Source of the DNA: Octopus bimaculoides
Lineage: Eukaryota
Direction: 5' to 3'
Assembly: GCF_001194135.2 (NCBI RefSeq)
Contig: NC_068985.1
Coordinates: 85,759,614 to 85,823,613 of the forward strand
DNA length: 64,000 nt
Each line of letters starts with the position of its first letter. Position 1 is the stretch's first letter. The notes beneath the pieces were generated by a model. The model saw nothing but the letters and a program-made list of their open reading frames with translations. It had not been told where the DNA came from and ran no database searches. Positions 12,117 to 24,291 of the stretch are shown here, one piece after another. The position numbers and the translations under genes are program-made.

Positions 12117-12466
12117 TTTACAATTTTATCAAACATACTACAATACTATGACTATTGTGAGCCCTGAGACCCCTGTTGTTAGGTCAAAGGGTTTCTCATT
12201 GAAACTACTTAATATAAGGTTACTAATTTAAGTGGTCAATTTAAGTGATGTTGCTAGAGTGTGGTGCTTAATACAGGTGACATTACGCCATTTTCCTATC
12301 TTTTCCCACTTGCACACACACACACACACACACGTGTGTGTGTGTGTGTGTGTGTGTATTCAAATATGAAATAGAAGCAGAGCTAGTGTAATGAACATTA
12401 TCAACCACACATACTTAATACACAAGCTCCCTCTATTTGGAGGTAGGCTGTGGTTTGGCATGGTGG

Positions 12467-13043
12467 TGATTATTCTCTCAAAGTACTGGGTATTAAAACA
12501 CCAGAAAGTCACGGACAGGTAAGACAACTCACCCCGAATCCCATCCAGGAGTGATGGACATCAATGTTCCTCCATTTTTGTGGCTTATCGACATTATGTA
12601 CCTGAATTGAACTGGAGGTGAATTGACTGCCATTTCTCACTCCTTATATGCATATATAGTGTGGAAACTATGAACTGGTATACCCGGACAGTGCATACAT
12701 AAGTATAAGTTTAAATATGAAATAGAATCTCCTACCAGCAAATACACAGAACATGTCCATTTGGTATATGTGGCCGATCATGTGGCTGCTTCTATTTCAT
12801 ATTTGAATTTATTCTTACCTATACATAGTTCAGGCATACGAGCACAGTTTTCACATTAGATGCATATAAATTATGAACTGGTGGTCAATTCACCTCCAAT
12901 TTTGTTTGGGTATATGATGTTGATAAGCCACAAAAATGACGAAACAGTGATGCCCATCATTCCTGAATGGAATTTGGGGTTAGTTGTCTTGCCTGTCATC
13001 CCTTTCAGGTGTTTTAACACGCAGCACTTGGAGAGAATAATCA
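12467..13043. mobile_element. Long foldback/MITE-like element with about 260-bp diverged inverted arms
   Basis: 12467-12727 is the reverse complement of 12788-13043, about 75% identical by eye. Shared blocks include tgattattctctc, atttttgtggcttatc, tggaggtgaattgac and aaatatgaaatagaa. The spacer is about 60 nt. Confidence 0.8.
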
Positions 13044-13149
13044 TTTTTGCTCTTTATTGGCACATTCATGTTTTCTATATTCCCATAAGCAAATTTAATA
13101 TGTATATATATATATTCAATGCACCTGTGCCGAGCTGCATAAATGCACC

Positions 13150-13335
13150 CATGCTGGTAGCACTTAAAAAGCACCCACCACACTCTGTTAAGTGGTTGTC
13201 ATTAAGGAAGGGCATCCAGCCGTAGAAACCATACCTCAACTGACAGCTGGGTCTGGACAGGTCCTGGTAGCTAGCTCCATGTCAAACTGTCCAATCCATG
13301 TCAGCATGGAAAGCAGATGTTAAACAATGATGATG
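13150..13335 (+). mobile_element. RTE 3' tail
   Basis: aaaagcacccaccacact...aggaagggcatccagccgtagaaacc...cagcatggaaagcagatgttaaacaatgatgat. Confidence 0.75.
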
Positions 13336-14912
13336 ATGATGAGGAGGATGACGATGATGACGATGATGATGACAATGATGATATATATATATATATATAT
13401 ANNNNNNNNNNNNNNNNNNNNNNNNNNNNNNNNNNNNNNNNNNNNNNNNNNNNNNNNNNNNNNNNNNNNNNNNNNNNNNNNNNNNNNNNNNNNNNNNNNN
13501 NNNNNNNNNNNNNNNNNNNNNNNNNNNNNNNNNNNNNNNNNNNNNNNNNNNNNNNNNNNNNNNNNNNNNNNNNNNNNNNNNNNNNNNNNNNNNNNNNNNN
13601 NNNNNNNNNNNNNNNNNNNNNNNNNNNNNNNNNNNNNNNNNNNNNNNNNNNNNNNNNNNNNNNNNNNNNNNNNNNNNNNNNNNNNNNNNNNNNNNNNNNN
13701 NNAATTTCTTTCAATGATTTCTCAAATGGGTTTTTAAGTGGTTTGTTATTTAGAGTGTCACATTGCTCATCTTAAAACTCACTGGCACAAACAAAATCAA
13801 TTTTAAAAAGTTCTCCTCAACTTTTTGAGTTACATTCCATCTTGAAATATCAATAACAACTTGACAAAACGAGATTTTCTTGTCCTTTTTTTTTCTCTTT
13901 TGTTATTTGTTTTTAAAATTATTTTATATTAGTTTTTTTTTTCCTTTTCTTTTTTTCCAAACTGTTTCCAGAAACATTTAAAGCTATTTTACAATCATGA
14001 AACAATACTGGATGAGAGAAAAAAGAAATTTAGTAAAATGAAAAAGAAATGAAATCAAAAGACAAACAAAAAACAAAGCACAGCACAAGAAAACACACAA
14101 ACAAATAAAATATTCTCTATGACATTTCAAATTTTTTGAAAATTAGTTTTTAATTTTCATTTTACCATTTCTATAATTTAAAGCTAATTTTTAACGATCC
14201 ATCTGATGATGATGATGATGATGATAATGGTGACGAGCAGCTATGGCAATGTGAGCTGAGGCAATGGGGGTGGATCCTATGTGGATTATCAACATACTAG
14301 AAACAACAGCCAACACTTTTTCAACCCATGCAGCAGCCTTTGACAAAGGACACACTAAATAATGTAATCTGAGGAGAAACTATTGCTGGAAAGAAAATGA
14401 TGGGGTGGTCGCCATTGGAATACTGTTGAACACTGATTGGTCTATCAGGATAGTTTTGTGGATTAAACTACAATAAAAGCAATGATTTGTTTTTTCCTAA
14501 AGTTAAAATTTACAGAGAAGTTGTTTTGTAGAGCAAATACACCCAGTTCTACAGAATCAGTGTCATGACGAGAGTGCATGGGTTGGGAGTTTGATCGGCA
14601 GAGGTGATCAGGTTGCATATGCCAGCCCTTTCGAACCCCCCCCCNNNNNNNNNNNNNNNNNNNNNNNNNNNNNNNNNNNNNNNNNNNNNNNNNNNNNNNN
14701 NNNNNNNNNNNNNNNNNNNNNNNNNNNNNNNNNNNNNNNNNNNNNNNNNNNNNNNNNNNNNNNNNNNNNNNNNNNNNNNNNNNNNNNNNNNNNNNNNNNN
14801 NNNNNNNNNNNNNNNNNNNNNNNNNNNNNNNNNNNNNNNNNNNNNNNNNNNNNNNNNNNNNNNNNNNNNNNNNNNNNNNNNNNNNNNNNNNNNNNNNNNN
14901 NNNNNNNNNNNN

Positions 14913-14943
<31 letters not shown>

Positions 14944-14999
14944 GCAACATACACTCACACACACACACACGTACGTACTCTCCCTTTACTCTCTCTCTT

Positions 15000-15251
15000 T
15001 TACTCTTGTCAAGCGATGTTGTGGGGGGACAAACACAAACACACAAACATATACACACACACATACATATATATATGTACATATATACGACGGGCTTCTT
15101 TCAGTTTCCGTCTACCAAATCCATTCACTAGGCTTTGGTTGGCCTGAGGCTTATAGTAGAAGACACTTGCCCAAGATGCCACGCAGTGGGACTGAACCCG
15201 GAACCATGTGGTTGGTAAGCAAGCTACTTACCATACAGCCACTCCTACGCC
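15000..15251 (-). mobile_element. tRNA-derived SINE (head 15087-15251) with internal microsatellite
   Basis: The minus strand reads gtaggagtggctgtatggtaagtagcttgcttaccaaccacatggttccgggttcagtcccactgcgtggcatcttgggcaagtgtcttctactat, with an A box and a GGTTCAGTCCC B box. A fuller copy is at 53925-54345. Confidence 0.85.
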
Positions 15252-16731
15252 TATGTACGTACACTTATTTCATACATGTTCATGCTTGGTCAGGGATTTC
15301 TGGAACTTGTCCATGGACTGTACACAGAAACCCCTCTGTAATACCAAGAATCTCCCCATGAACATAGTAACTCAAATTCACCACTGATATTTCCCCTATA
15401 AACATAGGCTGAATGATTCTACGATACAGTATATCTGCCCTTCATCTCAATCCCTTCATATCATCCCCACAGAGGCACCAATAACATCAGGCCATGATGT
15501 TGTTCTGGCCACGATGATGCTCCTTCTTACATTGTTCACTGTTTCTTCTGTCGCCAAATTCAGGTAGTATTGTTTTCAGGTATGAGCCCTCTGGGCAGCT
15601 GCTTGTGGATCCCATGAGTCCAGAGGCCCCATACTAATTCATATGTATATGGTGACCTGAGTACATCGCTTTGACCTGGTTATGGCCTATAATGCTGTTA
15701 TTTGGTACTCCTGCAACCAACAACATGTCTACAACAATTCTCCGATCGACATCTTCTGCTCCTTTAATATTAAAATCCTTAAGTAAGGATTATTTTAGAA
15801 AACTTTCGACATTTCCAGAACTGAAAACCTGTTTTTAATCATGATAAAAAAAGTTTAAAAAATGGATGTGTGTGTGTGTGTGTGTGTGATGAACAACAAA
15901 TTATTTGGTTGCTTCTTTTTTTTCTGGTTTTCTTCCCCATTTCTTGAATGTGAAGCTAATTTTTAACCAAAAATATCACTAAAGGAAAATGAAATTTATT
16001 ACTGAGAGAATGTTTTATTCTGTTTAAACATTGCTAGAATTTAAAATATATTTTCACTCATAAATAATACTTCATTGATTTATTTTTTGGTGTTTTTTTA
16101 TCTTTCAGAATTTAAAGCTAATTTCTTGCCATAAACAACACTGGATAAAAAAAAAAAAAAAAAAAAATGATAATGGTATTGATGAAAGAATTTTTACAAA
16201 AAAAAAAAAATTCTTGGTTATAAATAAAACTTGAAGCCCTTAGTTGTAAAATTACTTCATGAAAATCAATGTGACTGAGGCATTTTCTGTACTTGGACCT
16301 CACATTTTCTGTTTTGTCATAAATAATTTTAGATAAAAGATAACTCATAATATTGCATTTTACTTCCATTTTCCAAAATGACATATAAAAAAAATATGAT
16401 TCTTGGTAGAAGTAGGAACCACCATCATTGCTGCTGCTATCCTTATCCTCATATTCTATTAACTTTGCAGGAAGCATCAATTGAGAGGAATTCTTTGCAA
16501 GAAATAACATATTTGTTAATACACCTAACATATGTGACACCTTTGGTGTCCTGTGACATCTGCTGTAATCTTGGGCTGACAATATCTTTGAAACTATATG
16601 GAAACTTGTGTGTGTGTGTGTATGAATGTATGTACCCATGTATGTGTGTACATATGTTTGTGTGTGTATGGGTGTATATGGTGTGTGTATGCATGTATGT
16701 ATGCATGTATGTATATATGGATGTATATGTA

Positions 16732-17325
16732 TCAGGTCATTAAGAATGAAATGTCCGAGTTTAATCCACTTTATCTCAACAAAAAGCAATGCAGTTAAAG
16801 TATGCACCTAAATTATCAACACAATTTTGCTGTTTTATCGGTAGCTTAATTATGCGAGCAGCGAAGAATTCTGGAGAGCAAGAGCTGATGAAATAACAAA
16901 AGGTCGTTTTTGCATCTTCTACACATTTAAAGATTTTTCCTTGTAAAAAGTTGTCTAATGCCTGGAAAACATGATAGTCAGTTGGTGCAACTTCTCAAAC
17001 CATCGATGTACAGTGCATTCATTCGCCGCATCTTCACCAAATACCTCATTGATATTTCAAGCTGTCTGGTCTGGGATGCATTGGTTCCATTATAGAACTC
17101 ATATTCATAAACAACACAAATTTTTGATCTATCCATGGGTTTACAAAAACTGATTTTCAAGAGAAAACTCACAATATAATCAGACACCATGAATTGCATT
17201 TTGAAAAGTGATGACATAACTCTTCAATGTTGCAAAACAAAGAATTGTCAGAATAAAACATTAGAGTTAATGACTGTCAAATTTGGTGTATTTGAAAATC
17301 GGACATTGCATTCTTAATGACATGA
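16732..17325 (-). mobile_element. Internally deleted mariner with both TIRs and TA target duplication
   Basis: The left end TA|tcaggtcattaagaatgaaatgtccg pairs with the right end cggacattgcattcttaatgacatga|TA. The interior fuses the N-terminus MDRSKICVVYEYEFYNGTNASQT... directly to the C-terminus TDYHVFQALDNFLQGKIF...CVDNLGAYFN. Confidence 0.9.
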
Positions 17326-18819
17326 TATCAATGACCTGTAGGGTCATTGATACATTTACATGCTTTGATTTGCAGGAAGTAATTTTACAACTAGGAAATT
17401 CAAGTTTATTTATTTGCAATCTATATGTTTACAAAGAAGTAATGAGCAAAAAATGACGAGTTGTATTGACATTTTTTGTCATGAAACCAACTTCCAGTTC
17501 TAGGGTTTTGAAGTAGAATGAACAATCCCTAACCTAAAAAAACTGATAATGGTTAGCAACAGGAAAGGCATCTGACTGAAGAGTGATACTGCAATAACAA
17601 GCATTTGACTAATAAGCAATAACATATAAAATAAAGAATTATTAAGAAGTGGCTCTCATGCCCACCAAACATTTGTTATGCTACTGTCATATTATCAATT
17701 CATCATAATAAATAAAAACGATAAAACTGCAATATTTTACTGATTGAGTTAGCATTCATTACTGTATTGTTGTCACTACTATTTATGTCCTTAATTAGTT
17801 TGAAAAAAATATTAAAATGTATTTTCTAATCAATACTAACTAAAAAAGTAAATTATTGCTCAATTTAATTCTTTCAATACAAAACTGCTTGACACTGCCA
17901 TGAATTCTACCCATTTTTAGATTTAAATTAAAACTTTTCAAAGTAATTTTATTTAAGACTCTTTGCTAAAGTTACGCTCCAAACACCAGCTTATTAAAAT
18001 TAATTAAAAAAATTATCACTAAATACCTTTTAGTATTTAATTATTTTCAAAATTGACTGAAACACATATGTGGGACACCAGAAAAAAAATGTCTAGGGAC
18101 ATCCTGTTCACATTCAAAATAATTGTGAGTTAATTTTATTTTATTTAATTAGGGAGGGGGCCAATCACATAAGCTCACAGTTTTCCTTGGTTGTCTGACT
18201 CTACAGTGATGTACCAAATGAACCCTAGGCTTATATGTTGTGTATTTCATTGGAAATATAGCCATAAAAAGATTAAAAAATCATAAAATATACATAAATT
18301 AAATATGTCTTGGAGACCTTCAGTTTATTGGCAGAAAATGTTTGTAGTGAGAGGTTTATGGAAGAAGACAGAGAATATAGTGACATAAACCTTTGTTGAG
18401 AAATAACTGCTTTTCACTAAAGCACAAAGTTTATAAAATAAAGCAATTTAAAAATATTGTGTGAAATAAAGGCATGAAATAAAGAAGCAAGCAATACAAG
18501 ATATTTTCCCCAGGAGAATAAACTTTACAAAAGGAAGAAAATATAAATAAAAATAATCAAAATTGTAAGTGTATAAAATCAATATGTGTGTCTGTGTGTG
18601 GAGAAGAAAAATGAAAGTAAAATAAATCTAAATTTAAGAAGAAATGAAAGCTTCAAAATGTGGAATGAAAACTATGCTAATAGTTTAAATGTACCAATGA
18701 TAAAAGACAGACAGCAGCTCATCTATTGAAAAACACATTATTTTGTACACAGATATGTCCAAATCTAATTGGCGTTTACAATATTATATGTCTAATGTCA
18801 TATAACAACTTCAGCACAG

Positions 18820-18989
18820 ACACATACATACATTCGTACATATGTACATACATACGTAAATACATACATACATACATACATTCGTACATAAGTACATACA
18901 TACATACATACATACATTCGTACATATGTACATACATACGTAAATACATACATACATACATACATACATTCGTACATATGTACATACAT

Positions 18990-19020
<31 letters not shown>
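18820..19020. repeat. (TACA)-based minisatellite with higher-order unit
   Basis: The unit tacatacattcgtacatatgtacatacatacgtaaa is repeated about three times with variants. Confidence 0.8.
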
Positions 19021-21705
19021 TATTGTTTGATATCAAATCATAAGCACGTCTTGTGGGTTGACTGATCTAAAATATTCTTCCTCTTTTTAGTGCTGGAGTA
19101 TGAGTTTGAGGAAGATTTGACTGCTATTTCTAGATTGAAAGACCATACAGAAACACCCTCTTGGAACCAAGGTTGGATATATCTATCCATATTACACACT
19201 ATAGTCTTACAAGACATGATGGTCATGGCTGGAATGCCTTTGATTATAGGTGTGTTCAGGCAGGGTTGACAACAAAAGCAACAATTTCTAACATTTGTAC
19301 ATAAAATAGAATAAAATATTTCAATGAGTTTAATTCTTAAGTTATTATTCATTATTCGTTATTCATTATTATTCATTAAAATTGTTCTCAAGACACAGTA
19401 GTTCACTGTAATCGTATGTGATACTCTACCTTCTTATACTCTTCAAATCTATTTCACAGTAAAGGTACACCCTCTCCCCAACGTTCTTCACTCACCCATT
19501 TTACTGTGAGGGATGTGTTTCAATCATGCTTTCATTCTGTCAGTATTTATCATATTGTCCCTGGGCCTTCCTTAGTCTGTTGACAACTTTTCCATCTTTT
19601 ATAATAAAACCATACAACTTCTTGCAGCCCTTTATCCTGTTAAAAATTTAATGTTAGGACTTGAGAACCTCTTGAATATGGTAGTTGAGGCCTTTCAGGC
19701 CTTTTTAATTTGTAACCAACCTTTCTCTTAAGTCCAGTTTGTGTTTTTTAATACACTTTATGTTTTAATCACAGGTATGACTAATCTCCATCCTTCACTC
19801 TTGAAGAGACAAAAGATCTATATCCAATGATGATGCAAGCCTTGGCAAGGTTAGGTCTCCTTCTCACTGCAGTGATGTTGCCCAAGAGAAGAGCAAAGAC
19901 TGAGACAGCTTGGCACCTGTATTGTCGTTACCCTGGGTCTGTGGCCAACATATTTAACTCTCACCAAGCTACCAATGGGAATATCAGGGTAGGAACAATC
20001 TTACTGGGTCTTCTCTGGGTTAGAGGAAACAACCTTACCATTTAACTTTATAGAAGTCTTAATCTTAAGCAACATTGTCCTTGGATTTCAGCTCTGATTC
20101 TGATTACAAGTTTTGTGTATTATCTTATTTAGCCCTAGGTTGGCAATGATTGAACACATTTATGATCACAGGTATGGCAGCTATAACCAACAAGTCTTTT
20201 ATTCCAGCATTGTATCAGAGATCCTTTTAAATCAAGCAGACATTAAGGGGGTTTTCCAAATATGAACACCCTATATTTTATTTGAACAGTGTATCTAAGA
20301 CTTTGTCTTGGGAAACATATTAAACTGCATCTAATGGTGAGACTCCAGCTTGGGCTTTTAGTAGTTTTGGAGAATATTGAGTTATTCCTTATTCAACCCT
20401 AATCCCGGTTTCTACCGACCTGAAGTAGGAGACACTGTTAAGGGCCCTGGTTATGAGTCAAATAGTAGAAGATGATTGTGCGTCTAAGGTATACAGGGAG
20501 AAGAGCTGATCCCTAGATATACATCACACAGACCCACTGGTGAGTGCATATGCCCTGATGTCACCTGAACCAGTTACTTCTTAAGGGTTAAAGTGACCCA
20601 ATTCCTTAAAGGTAATTCCAAGAGAGCAAGGCACTAGTAGAGTAATCTGTAAATCAATTGACAGAAGGTAATGGAGAAACCATTGTATCTTTTCCAAGAA
20701 AGATTTTGAATCTCCAGTCTTTGGTATGGAGAGCCATGACTACTGAAGCTTAGAAAACAGGCATGGTGCTAGGACTACATTTGTATCTGTTTATTCTCTT
20801 ATTATATTGTTTCCATGTTTTTGAAGACAGTAGACTTTGATTTAAGATATATAACTGCTATATCTAGCAGATCATGCAACCCTGTAAAGACCCCTAATGC
20901 TCAGCAGGCTGTTAGTGGGATGATGTTGGTTGCTGCAGTGATGTGTGTCAACAGACCATGCCATATTAAACACATTACTCACAGATGTCCATCAACAGGT
21001 GGACAATCTTCACAACAAACAAAAGGGATTAGCACCACATTGCTTCAATGTGTCTCACCAAGAATATGGTTTCTGCCAATTCTATGTCCAGGAACAAAGA
21101 CTACAGAAAATAAATTCGTTTCAGTCCTATACAATAAGAGTTTTACAACAACACACACATTCTCTCTCTATCTCTCTCTCACTCTGTCTCCCTCTCCATT
21201 TATCTCTCTCTTTCAGCCATTCCTCTTTACTTGATCCATTAGTTTTATACTCTTCCTAATTTATATCTCATCTTCATTCACTACATCACCTTATTCACTT
21301 AATAACAGTGCTAATAATAAATAGCTCTTTAGATTTCGATGGCAATTTCCATAGCTTATTGGTTTACGCAGCTCAAAAAATTAATAACTTATTTTCTACA
21401 CTATAAATTTCATAAAATACTATTTTTAAGATTTGATTTATAGTAATATTTATTTAGAAAAGATAAAATAATATTAAAAAAAAATATTTAAAAAATTATC
21501 GTGAATTACAATCCATTTTGAAATGTTTAAATTATTTGTTGTTATCTTTTTAACATGAAATAAAAAAAAATTCTATCAAAATAATTATTCAATTTAAATT
21601 ACCTGAATATCATCATTTTTAGCAATTATTTCTAAATATTCCAATGCATGGAACCAAGCTACTCAAGAAATTATGAGAGGGGCGAGTAAGACCAATAGCA
21701 GGAGA

Positions 21706-21791
<86 letters not shown>

Positions 21792-21842
21792 GAAGAAGAA
21801 GAAGAAGAAGAAGAACAACAACAACAACAACAATAATAATAA
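21706..21842. repeat. Compound (AAT)n(AAG)n(AAC)n microsatellite
   Basis: Read directly from the sequence; it explains the poly-N/K/L/Y/I ORFs. Confidence 0.95.
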
Positions 21843-22065
21843 CCCCAACAGCCACAAAAAAATACTAAAAAAAAAGAACTCAAAATTGTTTGTCCCTTCT
21901 AGAACTAATTTTGACAAACGAAAAAATAAAGAAAGAAAGAAAAGAAAAGAAATGCATCATAATGGGAAATTTCTGGTTAATTATTACACTGCAGTTTATA
22001 AAAGTCTAGAAAAATCCAGCTATTATGAATTTAATTGAAAGAAAAAAATAAATGAATAAAATCAT

Positions 22066-22098
<33 letters not shown>

Positions 22099-23557
22099 GA
22101 GAGAAAAACAGGAAGAAAACCAAGTTTAAGCTAAATGTTTTGAAATTTGAATTTATAATTAGTGTTTGTGAATCGTTCAATGAATTCAAACAGCAAAACC
22201 CCCGTCCCAATCATTGAATACATTGCTACAACTGTTAAAATCAATTCCCTCATCTAAAATATTGTAAATATTCAGTTTAATTGATAAAAAAATTAAAATA
22301 AAATAAAACTATCAATAAATTCTTTTAAAAAATATTTTCTTTCATTTTCTCTTACACACACACACACACACATATATACATACATATTTTTCTTTTCCTT
22401 TTTGTTCAATCCTGAAATTTTGGTTCAATCATTTTTAAGATTGCTAATACTAAAAGCAATTGCAACTAAAAATTACAAACAGGTGGGGAGGAGGAGGGGG
22501 GGGAGGGCACAAAATAAATAAATATATAAAAAATAAATAAAATAGTTGAACCTAATCATTTAAGGAAGAATTACTTTGTTTTTGATTTTCTTTAGTTTTT
22601 TTGTTCCTTTCTAATTCTTTTTGTTGTAAATTGCACCTTAAATGGAAACAATGGATAGATCCATAGCAATTATATTGAAGAGAGATAGGTTGATAGATAA
22701 ATAGATAGATAAAGTGAAAGAGAGAGAGAGAGAAAGGGTGAGCTCTTTGTTTCATTCGAATGATTGTCTTCTCACAAACTTTGCATTTGGCAAAATCTTC
22801 GTTTATCCAGTGAATGTCTTTGAGTCACTGAATAAACCGATCTCAGCTTTCTTCAATCTGTTCAATGAACCAGTTAAATACCTTTCAACAAATGATTTAT
22901 TTTCTGTAAAATTGGGGTTATAACATAAGGACCTAATTTATTGGATCATTAACTTCATCTTTAGAGAGGAAATTTCTTTTATATTTATATTAATATCAAC
23001 ATCATAAGTTCAGCTTTTCTTCCATTTTTACATCCATTTTTCCATGATAACATGGGTTAGATGAACACATAGGGTTGAAGCATTGTTTTGCAGCTGGATG
23101 CTCTTCCTACTGCCGATCCTTATCTTTCCTCCAGCAAGGGAGTTGCCATTCTACACAGCTTCTGGGCAATTCATTGACAAGGAAAAGACAGTGTGGAACA
23201 CCAACCATATCTCAGTCATTTAATTGAAGAATGAAAATATTCTCATGTATGCACGCACAAACACACACAATGGGTTATGTAAAGTTTCTGTCTATCAAAT
23301 ACACTCAACAAAGTCAGCTAATAATAATAATGCTAATAATAATAATAATAATCCATGGATGGAATTTATAAATATTGGTAGAAACACATGTAGCAATACA
23401 TTAAAATATTTACAAATTCCATCCATGGAAATATTTCATATGTTAAATTTGAATTTCACTAATTTTAGATTGCTTTGATAATTCTTGTGTTAACATATAT
23501 TTCCAGAAATATTAATATTAATTTCAATTATATTTTGTGTGTGTGTGTGTGTGTGTG

Positions 23558-23720
23558 GGACAAGGTGGTGGAAGATGTAAGCAAGGGAATCCAGACATTG
23601 GTGAGAGAAATGAGTGTTGGGGTCACCGCTGTGAAGCTGGCCCTGAATGAAGAACTTTGCAATCAAGTGTACAAAGATGTGCAAGGGACAAAGTCTGACA
23701 AAGGCAAAGAAGATCCTGAA
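23558..23720 (+). mobile_element. Short DD37D/maT-like transposase N-terminal relic
   Basis: KVVEDVSKGIQTLVREMSVGVTAVKLALNEEL..VYK.CKGQSLT resembles the HTH-to-KGQ segment of Tc1/mariner DD37D transposases; frameshifted. Confidence 0.4.
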
Positions 23721-24258
23721 TATATATATATCATCATCATCATCGTTTAACGTCCGCTTTCCATGNNNNNNNNNNNNNNNNNNNNNNNNNNNNNNNNNNN
23801 NNNNNNNNNNNNNNNNNNNNNNNNNNNNNNNNNNNNNNNNNNNNNNNNNNNNNNNNNNNNNNNNNTGCGACGTTGATTTCATTACACTCCCTTCACCACG
23901 GCTTCATGAAGGAGGAAAGCAGGGGAGAGGTGTCACACGAACAGGTGCAGGTGTTCGCGTGAACGCTAACACCGCCAGCAACAACAACAGCGACATCGTC
24001 GCAAAGGCTTCGACCTTAAAGAAGAGAAACGCCACCACCACCACCACCACCACAGCTTCACCGTCAACTGCTACAACGGACGCTTCTCCCACCACCACCA
24101 CCACAAATTTCGCTGAAGCGATTTAAGACAGAAAAAGAAAGATTCTTAACTTTCACTGCCCAACAAATAAAAGACACGGTTAAACTATAGTAGACAGACA
24201 GACAGACAGATAGATAGAAACAGACAGATGGATAGATAGATAGTTATATAGATAGATG

Positions 24259-24291
<33 letters not shown>

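Noticed and set aside
12310-12360. (CA)n-CG-(TG)n palindromes (also about 45120-45165)
   Set aside because: These are simple-repeat junctions with no evidence of function.
15087-15251. tRNA genes in SINE heads (also 33676-33760 and 11430-11510)
   Set aside because: A and B boxes are present, but there is no complete cloverleaf and the sequences continue into multi-copy SINE bodies.
15360-15780. Possible LINE ORF1/endonuclease relic on the minus strand
   Set aside because: The similarity is impressionistic, with no diagnostic motif, so it is not listed as a feature.
16118-16807. 229-aa minus-strand ORF, the longest gap-free ORF in the track
   Set aside because: It spans a mariner TIR, a CA/TACA microsatellite and poly-T runs, with no recognisable domain. 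A small exon inside it cannot be excluded.
21619-22038. Poly-Asn/Lys/Leu/Tyr/Ile ORFs
   Set aside because: These are translations of a compound trinucleotide microsatellite, open in several frames on both strands.
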